From contig JAWXAY010000029.1 of the NCBI GenBank assembly GCA_034439715.1, positions 64,001-128,000 of the forward strand: 64,000 nt of DNA, written 5' to 3'. Source of the DNA: Pseudomonadota bacterium. Its GTDB lineage: Bacteria > Bdellovibrionota > Bdellovibrionia > Bdellovibrionales > SG-bin7. The notes beneath the pieces are model-generated. The model worked only from the letters and a program-made list of their open reading frames with translations, ran no database searches and was not told the DNA's origin. Shown in pieces: positions 57,716 through 64,000 of the stretch. The position numbers and the translations under genes are program-made. Each line of letters opens with the position of its first letter. The first letter of the stretch is position 1.

Positions 57716-58639
57716 TTAAAACATACATAAAAATTCAAACATGGTATCAGCTGCTGCGAGTGCCGTAATTTCTGTAGGATCATAGGCCGGGCAAACTTCG
57801 ACGATGTCAGCGCCTACAAGATTTTTAATATTTAAACCTCGCAGAATTTTTTGCGTTTCATACGTCGTAAGTCCACCGCACACAGGCGTACCCGTGCCAG
57901 GTGCATAGGCGGGATCCAGACAATCTATATCAAAACTGATGTAGGTTGGCACATCATCTAAATGCGATACTTTTTTTAATCTTCCGGGAATGCCTTCTTC
58001 GCGAATAGTATCTACGGTATGCACATTGATTTTATGTTTTCGCACGAAAGCCAAGTCGTCTGCTGAAGCCAGTGGCCCGCGTATGCCAAACTGATGTGAT
58101 TCTTCGGGATCAATAAGTTTTTCTTCGACCGCATGTCGCACAAAAGTACCATGGTGATATTCACAGTCCCACGCGGCCGGATAAGTGTCGAAGTGCGCAT
58201 CAAAATGGATTAGTCTAATGGGAGTTTTATATTTCTTTTTTAGTTCCCGCAAAATCGGCAGTGTTACCGAATGATCGCCGCCGACTGCAATAAATTTTTT
58301 ATCATTTTTTAAAACTTTGGCAGTAAATTCTTGAATGCGCTTGTAACATTTTTCTTGATCAATCGGCACTGTGGGGCAGTCGCCAATATCAGCCACTTTT
58401 AATTTATCGATAAAACTTATTTCGCGACTCATGTGATAACCGCGACCAAGGGACGAAAGATCTCTTACTTTTTGTGGAGCAAAGCGCGCTCCCGGCCGGT
58501 ACGAAACCGCGCCGTCATAAGGAATACCAAAAATTCCAACGTCATAGTCAGCATCTAGCGCCACATAGGGCATGCGAAAAAAAGTTTTAATTCCTGAAAA
58601 TCTCGGAAACTCGCGACCACTTATCGGTTTATATTCCAA
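57716..58639 (-). CDS. speB: Agmatinase (ureohydrolase)
   Basis: RPGARFAP, GGDHS, HFDAHFD, SFDIDCLDPAYAPGTGTP. Confidence 0.9.
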   Translation of the reverse strand: MEYKPISGREFPRFSGIKTFFRMPYVALDADYDVGIFGIPYDGAVSYRPGARFAPQKVRDLSSLGRGYHMSREISFIDKLKVADIGDCPTVPIDQEKCYKRIQEFTAKVLKNDKKFIAVGGDHSVTLPILRELKKKYKTPIRLIHFDAHFDTYPAAWDCEYHHGTFVRHAVEEKLIDPEESHQFGIRGPLASADDLAFVRKHKINVHTVDTIREEGIPGRLKKVSHLDDVPTYISFDIDCLDPAYAPGTGTPVCGGLTTYETQKILRGLNIKNLVGADIVEVCPAYDPTEITALAAADTMFEFLCMF

Positions 58640-58763
58640 GCTGTACTCCCTAGGCAGTGTTTAGTTTTCACTGTATTTTTCCTTGGCTTGCCTCAATAGT
58701 AAACAAAATTCTCAAAATAAAGCTGTTTGCTTATATTGATGTATTTTTGGTAAACAATTACTC

Positions 58764-59759
58764 ATGAGTAGTACAGAAGTAAGTGTCGATATTCTCCGCC
58801 CGCTACTCCTCAATTGGTACAAAGTTCATGGGCGTAAACTACCATGGCGGCAAAACCAAGACCCCTACTTGATTTGGCTGTCCGAAGTAATGCTGCAACA
58901 AACAACAGTAACTGCTGTCATCCCGTATTTTGACAGGTTTAGCGCTAAGTTTCCCACGTTGAACGATTTGGCCTTAGCCCCTTTGACTAAAGTTTTGGAA
59001 CTCTGGGCCGGGCTTGGATATTACAGTCGGGCGAAAAACCTTCATAAGGCCTCGCACAGAATTTCTAAAATGAAGGCCTTTCCGCAAACTTATTCCCAGC
59101 TCTTAAAGCTCCCGGGCTTTGGCCCCTACACAGCGCGAGCCGTTAGTAGCATTGCCTTTGGTGAAGCCGTGGGAGTTGTCGATGGAAATGTCATTCGCAT
59201 TTTAAGTCGCGTTTTTGGAAAAAGAATAAAACATTGGATTACCGACGGAAAAATTCTCCTACAAAAACTTTCTGATGAGTTTTCGTTCAAAGGCAATAGT
59301 GCTAACATCAATCAAGCCCTTATGGATTTGGGAGCACAAATTTGTACCAGAACCTCCCCCCGCTGTCGCGCCTGCCCATGGGTCGCCAAATGTTTGGCCT
59401 TTAAAAATGATTTAATCAATATTTTGCCACTTAAAAAACCGAAACGCGAGATTGAAATTTGGCAGTGGCGAGCTCAAGTGGTTATGCGTAACAAAAAAAT
59501 CGCTCTCATTAAAAACAGCTATGCGCCGTTTTTAAAAAATGAGTGGATTTTACCCGGCACCGTCAAAAAGTGTAAAAAACGTCCAAAAGCATTTGCATTC
59601 AAGCATGCCATTACCCATCATGCTATTTACGGTAACAGCCAAAAAAACTCAGGCTTAGGCCAAAGGCAAGGAGTGCGATGGGTCACAAGAAAAGAGTTGT
59701 CGCAGATAGCGCCTTTTTCTATCCTACAAAAGGCCTTAAACCATTTGGAACTGAAATGA
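58764..59759 (+). CDS. mutY: A/G-specific adenine glycosylase
   Basis: LPWR, SEVMLQQT, WAGLGYYSRA, VDGNV, C-x6-C-x2-C-x5-C. Confidence 0.95.
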   Translation: MSSTEVSVDILRPLLLNWYKVHGRKLPWRQNQDPYLIWLSEVMLQQTTVTAVIPYFDRFSAKFPTLNDLALAPLTKVLELWAGLGYYSRAKNLHKASHRISKMKAFPQTYSQLLKLPGFGPYTARAVSSIAFGEAVGVVDGNVIRILSRVFGKRIKHWITDGKILLQKLSDEFSFKGNSANINQALMDLGAQICTRTSPRCRACPWVAKCLAFKNDLINILPLKKPKREIEIWQWRAQVVMRNKKIALIKNSYAPFLKNEWILPGTVKKCKKRPKAFAFKHAITHHAIYGNSQKNSGLGQRQGVRWVTRKELSQIAPFSILQKALNHLELK

Positions 59760-60937
59760 AAAAAGAAATACTATTTTTTGGTTTGTTATTTGGATTTATT
59801 CTTTTCCTTGTCAGCTGTGAGTCCACGCCTCCCCTTGCGCCAGTAGGCGAATCCCTTCCTTTTGCCGAAGCTACACGCGAAGGTGCAATCTTGCCGCCGC
59901 CTATTGCGCCAGGCATATTACCTGCCCCACCAATGACAGTTTCAGAATATACAGTGCTGCTGCCGGCCGACCTTCCTCCTCTTCCCAAAACATTTGCCGA
60001 ATTCAAGGAACCCCCCGTTCAAATGCTTACTCAGAGTGGTGAAAATTTTAACGCAGCATTTTCGAGCAATGGAAAAAAAATCTTATTCAGCAGTCGTAAT
60101 CGACCGCAACATCTACAAGCTCAAGCTTATGAACTAAATCTCGAGAATAAAAAGGAAAAACGTGTCACTCACCAAGATGGCGATGTCATTGAAGCCAGAT
60201 ATCTCGGAGACAACAAACTCGTTTATGTTTCTACCACTGACGAACAAAAGGAAAATCTTGCTGCCCTAGTAAAAGGTCTCTCCAAATCAGGTGCGGCGCA
60301 AATACCGGTCATTATCCAAGAAAATAATTCTAATTTGCCCACTGAAATTTACTTAGCGAATAGCGATGGTAGCCATATTCGGAGGATTACTGACGCCAAA
60401 GGCTTTGATGGTTTTACCTCAAACCCCTCTGGCAGTAGAAATCTTATCTATACCTCATTTCGAAATGGCAACGGCGAACTTTACTTGTTTAATTCGATTT
60501 CAGGCGTTCAACAAAAATTAAGGACGTCTCTCGGCGCCGACATGGAAGGACAACTTTCTACTGATGGCAAAAGGATGGTCTGGGTTAATAAAGAAAAAAA
60601 TGGCGCCGACACACGTCTGATGACAGGAAGCTACATGGCGGCGAATCCAAAGGCTTTAAAATTAAAAACCGGAATTCATCAGAGTCCGAGCTTTAGCCCC
60701 AATGCCGAAACTATTTTATTTAGCTCTAACTTTGAAAATCCCAATAATTCCGAGATTTATGTTTATCTGGCCGCGACTGAATGTGTCCGCAAAGTAACCC
60801 AAAATCCAGCGCAAGATAGAGCACCTTCTTTTAGCCCCGACGGAAAGAAAATCCTATTCACCAGCACACGAAGCGGCCAAGATCAGATCTATTTAATGGA
60901 TTTTGAGACATCCCAGGCTTGCATTTCAGCGCAATAA
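59756..60937 (+). CDS. TolB-like PD40 beta-propeller lipoprotein
   Basis: LVSC lipobox after ATG 59756; PSFSPDGKKILFTS repeats. Confidence 0.85.
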   Translation: MKKEILFFGLLFGFILFLVSCESTPPLAPVGESLPFAEATREGAILPPPIAPGILPAPPMTVSEYTVLLPADLPPLPKTFAEFKEPPVQMLTQSGENFNAAFSSNGKKILFSSRNRPQHLQAQAYELNLENKKEKRVTHQDGDVIEARYLGDNKLVYVSTTDEQKENLAALVKGLSKSGAAQIPVIIQENNSNLPTEIYLANSDGSHIRRITDAKGFDGFTSNPSGSRNLIYTSFRNGNGELYLFNSISGVQQKLRTSLGADMEGQLSTDGKRMVWVNKEKNGADTRLMTGSYMAANPKALKLKTGIHQSPSFSPNAETILFSSNFENPNNSEIYVYLAATECVRKVTQNPAQDRAPSFSPDGKKILFTSTRSGQDQIYLMDFETSQACISAQ

Positions 60938-60954
60938 TAGCTTAAAGTTTATAA

Positions 60955-61527
60955 ATGAAACTAATAATATCAATTCTGACACTGAAAGTAGCATTGGCAA
61001 TATTAAGTGTTCCCCTAGCGCTTGCGTCTCCGGCGCCGGGTGCCCTAATGTCATTAGGCACAGACACCGCAAGTCTTTACCGCTCTCCACTTGGTTTTAA
61101 AATCGACTCTGCTGAAACCGCTTGGGAACGAATTTCTCCGACCAAAAAAAGTAAATTTGTTATCACCCAGTACCGCGCTAAAGAAAGTTATAAAAATATT
61201 TTCGCTTCGTTAACTTTGAGGCGAGATTCGTTGAAAAAAAAACAGAGCCTTGAGGATTACGTTGAGAAATGGCTTGGCCAGTACCCTAAATTTGGTTTTG
61301 ACGTGATCGGATCCAAACGCTTAAAGTCTAAATCCAAAGATAGCTCTAGAGAAAATGAAGGCTTTTTAATTGATCTCGTGAGCCGCGATGGACTCAAACA
61401 ACTTCGCCAAGTGGTTTACGTTCATGATAAGAATGCTTTTGTACTCACTTGCCGCGATCATAAAGAAAATTTTAAAAAATCTTTGAAAGACTGCAACAAA
61501 ATCATCCGCTCTTTTGAATTCGAATAG
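60955..61527 (+). CDS. Secreted hypothetical protein (possibly PsbP/Mog1-like fold)
   Basis: Signal peptide; C-terminal IIRSFEFE. Confidence 0.65.
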   Translation: MKLIISILTLKVALAILSVPLALASPAPGALMSLGTDTASLYRSPLGFKIDSAETAWERISPTKKSKFVITQYRAKESYKNIFASLTLRRDSLKKKQSLEDYVEKWLGQYPKFGFDVIGSKRLKSKSKDSSRENEGFLIDLVSRDGLKQLRQVVYVHDKNAFVLTCRDHKENFKKSLKDCNKIIRSFEFE

Positions 61528-61529
61528 CC

Positions 61530-62675
61530 TTAAAAAACATTACTTAGAATTTCGGTGACGGCCTCAGTGTGAGGACAAGCAAACTTATGGTTCGCTTTCG
61601 TTTCCTGCGTCTTAGAAAATCTAGGTATCATTAGTATATTTACGGGACTGAATCTTTCCAGCGCAAGCACGTCTTTAGACTTTTGAAACACCGAATTCAT
61701 TTCTTTTTTGTGGTTATTAATAAGATTCTTAGCGGCCTCATAAGCGTCAGTACTAAGCGATAATTGATCAGTTGCCGCAAGAGAAATATAGCGATCAAAA
61801 TCAGCCACTGGGCTATTTAAGAGCTCGTATAACTCGAGTCCTTTTTTATAATTTGACTCAATATATCCCTGTGATGATCCAAAACTTTTTGGCATGTACG
61901 AAAATTTTGAATAATCTCCAATGAGTTCGCTTTCAATTGTCATTTCCTCCAATGCCGAGCCCACTACAAGGTCATCAAAAAGTGTCAAAAGGTTAGCCAG
62001 CAAATCGATTCCTTGCTGAAGTCCTGCTTTAATTTCTGAATAATTTTTTGCCTGGCCATCATTTAGATAAAATTTGCTATTCAACTCACCCGAAAGCTTA
62101 GTAAAATCAGAAATCACTCGATTTTGACTTTTGCCTTGCTTGGTACTTTCAAGTTCAAATAGGTGATGCATGAACTCATGAACCAAAGTCCAACGGGACG
62201 TATCGTTTCTTACCAAAATAGTAGCGTCATGCCCTGGTAGTCTCGAATAATTTTCGGGTAAATATACTCCTAACAATTTACTTCTATCGTCCTCAACGTC
62301 GCCAACAACATCATCCCAGAACTTTTGAAAAACACCATCAGCTCTGCCAATCTCGCTAAACATCGAGCAACCATCATTAGTATTTGTACTCCTAAAGACT
62401 TTTACCTGACCTTTCTCGGTCATGTATTTAAAGGTTTGAGCCGCAGAAGATTTCTGAATATTTTTAAGGTGGTGGCTACTATAAATCTTTGAAAATGAAG
62501 TCGTTTTTAACTCCTCAGGAAAAGAAGAGTAGCTTTCACCTTCATCATATTTAAATTCGCAAGACTCAGAGGAAAACCCCGCAACACCCACTCTATTTTT
62601 GCTACTATTGGATTTGCCGCAGCCCACTACGCTGATTAAAAGTGCTCCGATCAAGAAGTGATGAATTAATTTCAA
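61530..62675 (-). CDS. Lipoprotein with HExxH Zn-metalloprotease motif
   Basis: VVGC lipobox; TLVHEFMHH and downstream EE. Confidence 0.7.
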   Translation of the reverse strand: MKLIHHFLIGALLISVVGCGKSNSSKNRVGVAGFSSESCEFKYDEGESYSSFPEELKTTSFSKIYSSHHLKNIQKSSAAQTFKYMTEKGQVKVFRSTNTNDGCSMFSEIGRADGVFQKFWDDVVGDVEDDRSKLLGVYLPENYSRLPGHDATILVRNDTSRWTLVHEFMHHLFELESTKQGKSQNRVISDFTKLSGELNSKFYLNDGQAKNYSEIKAGLQQGIDLLANLLTLFDDLVVGSALEEMTIESELIGDYSKFSYMPKSFGSSQGYIESNYKKGLELYELLNSPVADFDRYISLAATDQLSLSTDAYEAAKNLINNHKKEMNSVFQKSKDVLALERFSPVNILMIPRFSKTQETKANHKFACPHTEAVTEILSNVF

Positions 62676-62804
62676 AATATCCTCCCCAATTTAAAATTGC
62701 TAAGCACCCTATCTCAGTTTTTTTTAAAAAAGGATAGCGGGAACTATTAGTGAAATGACTTAATGCGGAGCAGCCCGCTGTTATGGGCTGGTACCTTACG
62801 AGAA

Positions 62805-64000
62805 TTAATTGAATATTTTTTTAAGAAAGCCTTTTACTTTTTCAGTAATGCCGGTAGCTGGTTTTGGTTTTGCGGCGTATTGCCTCGGTGGCGTCTTATT
62901 ATTGTATGATTTGCGAGGAGGCGGCCGATTATCTCTATTACCCCGCAGGTCTCTATTTTCTTGTGTGCCACTTCGGTTGGGTCTCTGATCTCTGGTCTGT
63001 CCTCTGGCTTGATCTCGATTGTTTCTATTGTCACTCGGTGGTCCCTGTTGACCATGTCGTCCTGTTAGTCTGTCCCGGTGTGCCTGATTGCCCTGTCCTT
63101 CGCTGCGACTCTGTGCCTGAGGTCGATCACCACGGGGTGGACCATCATTTCGTGGTCCGCGAGAAGGCAAACCATCTCGACGTTGAGGTCTATCGGGGCG
63201 ACGACCTTGACCTTTATCATGACCCGGCCATTTACTGGTAGGAACCCCCAAGTGGCGCGGTCGGCTTTCTCGAAGAAAAGGTTTAAATTCTTTTACGAGT
63301 TGCGCTTCGTCCATCCATAACACGGGCAAAGTATTTTTCAAAAACTCTTGAACTCTCTCTAGCGAAGGCACGTCATCATCAGAAACTAAACTAAACGCTT
63401 CACCCGTTTTACCTGCTCGACCCGTTCGACCAATGCGATGTACATAAGTTTCGGCATCTTCAGGCATGTCGTAGTTCACAACCAGATCAACACCTGTCAC
63501 ATCAAGACCTCGAGCAGCAAGATCGGTTGCGACTAAAATATTTTGCCCACTATCATCGGCCTTAAACTGGCCCATTACTCGGTTGCGTTGGCTCTGACTT
63601 AACAGACTTGAAATTCCAACTGCCGGGTGACCATTAGAAGTCAGGAAGGTCGCAATTCGATCAACGTTATGCTTGTAGTTAGTAAAAATAATCGCCTGTT
63701 TTGGCCCTTGCGCGCGAATCAGCGATAAAAGATGCGACGGCTTTTCACTGTTACCGACATGATAAATCGCGTCTTTAACATTCTCAGCTTTGGCCTGGTC
63801 TCGGCTTAAATTAATTTCAATAGGATCTGAACCAACTTGATAGGCCATGTTTAAAACATCAAAATTGAGAGTCGCACTAAACAGCAAGAGCTGCCGCTCT
63901 TTTGGAATTCGCGTTAATATATATTTTACATCATCCTTAAAACCCATATCGAACATACGGTCAGCTTCATCAAACACAACGCCACGAACTTGCCTGAGAT
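62805..64000 (-). CDS. DEAD-box RNA helicase (5' end beyond window) with disordered Arg-rich tail
   Basis: VFDEADRM, FSAT, ATDLAARGLD, YVHRIGRTGRAG; frame open to the window edge. Confidence 0.93.
   Translation of the reverse strand, partial: LRQVRGVVFDEADRMFDMGFKDDVKYILTRIPKERQLLLFSATLNFDVLNMAYQVGSDPIEINLSRDQAKAENVKDAIYHVGNSEKPSHLLSLIRAQGPKQAIIFTNYKHNVDRIATFLTSNGHPAVGISSLLSQSQRNRVMGQFKADDSGQNILVATDLAARGLDVTGVDLVVNYDMPEDAETYVHRIGRTGRAGKTGEAFSLVSDDDVPSLERVQEFLKNTLPVLWMDEAQLVKEFKPFLRESRPRHLGVPTSKWPGHDKGQGRRPDRPQRRDGLPSRGPRNDGPPRGDRPQAQSRSEGQGNQAHRDRLTGRHGQQGPPSDNRNNRDQARGQTRDQRPNRSGTQENRDLRGNRDNRPPPRKSYNNKTPPRQYAAKPKPATGITEKVKGFLKKIFN

Noticed and set aside
62805..63250. Arg/Pro/Gln-rich quasi-repeats
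   Set aside because: Ordinary disordered C-terminal tail of a DEAD-box helicase.

Overview
Chromosomal window of a Bdellovibrionota-like (predatory, Bdellovibrio-type) bacterium. The assignment is inferred from four short flagellins, a Bdellovibrio-type histone, FQNC/YQNC exported proteins and the flg-csrA-fliW layout. It holds two flagellar blocks. Block 1 (~3-17.4 kb) is four fliC, flaG, fliD, fliS and a sigma54-type operon encoding TPR, Maf-N-like and two GT9 proteins. Block 2 (~30.4-40.3 kb) is flgF-G-A-H-I-J-M-N-K-L-csrA-fliW. Housekeeping genes are rsmD, coaD (partial), meaB, rfaE2, rsmE, prmA, lysC, recA, cinA/pncC, pgpA, alaS, speB, mutY and a partial DEAD-box helicase, and there are many secreted hypotheticals. 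The most notable observations are: (1) a ~200-nt structured flgI-flgJ intergenic segment with seven GGA motifs, a candidate CsrB/RsmZ-like RNA or CsrA-sensing leader next to csrA-fliW; (2) a Zn-finger + histone-fold gene; (3) a toxin-antitoxin pair fused in frame by one missing A; (4) a stand-alone Maf-N plus 2x GT9 flagellar glycosylation module; (5) an adhesin split at a C8 tract; (6) a candidate antisense RNA in a flagellin leader; (7) two recurrent intergenic DNA motifs. No tRNA, rRNA, CRISPR or transposase was recognised. All calls are by eye, and no database search was run.
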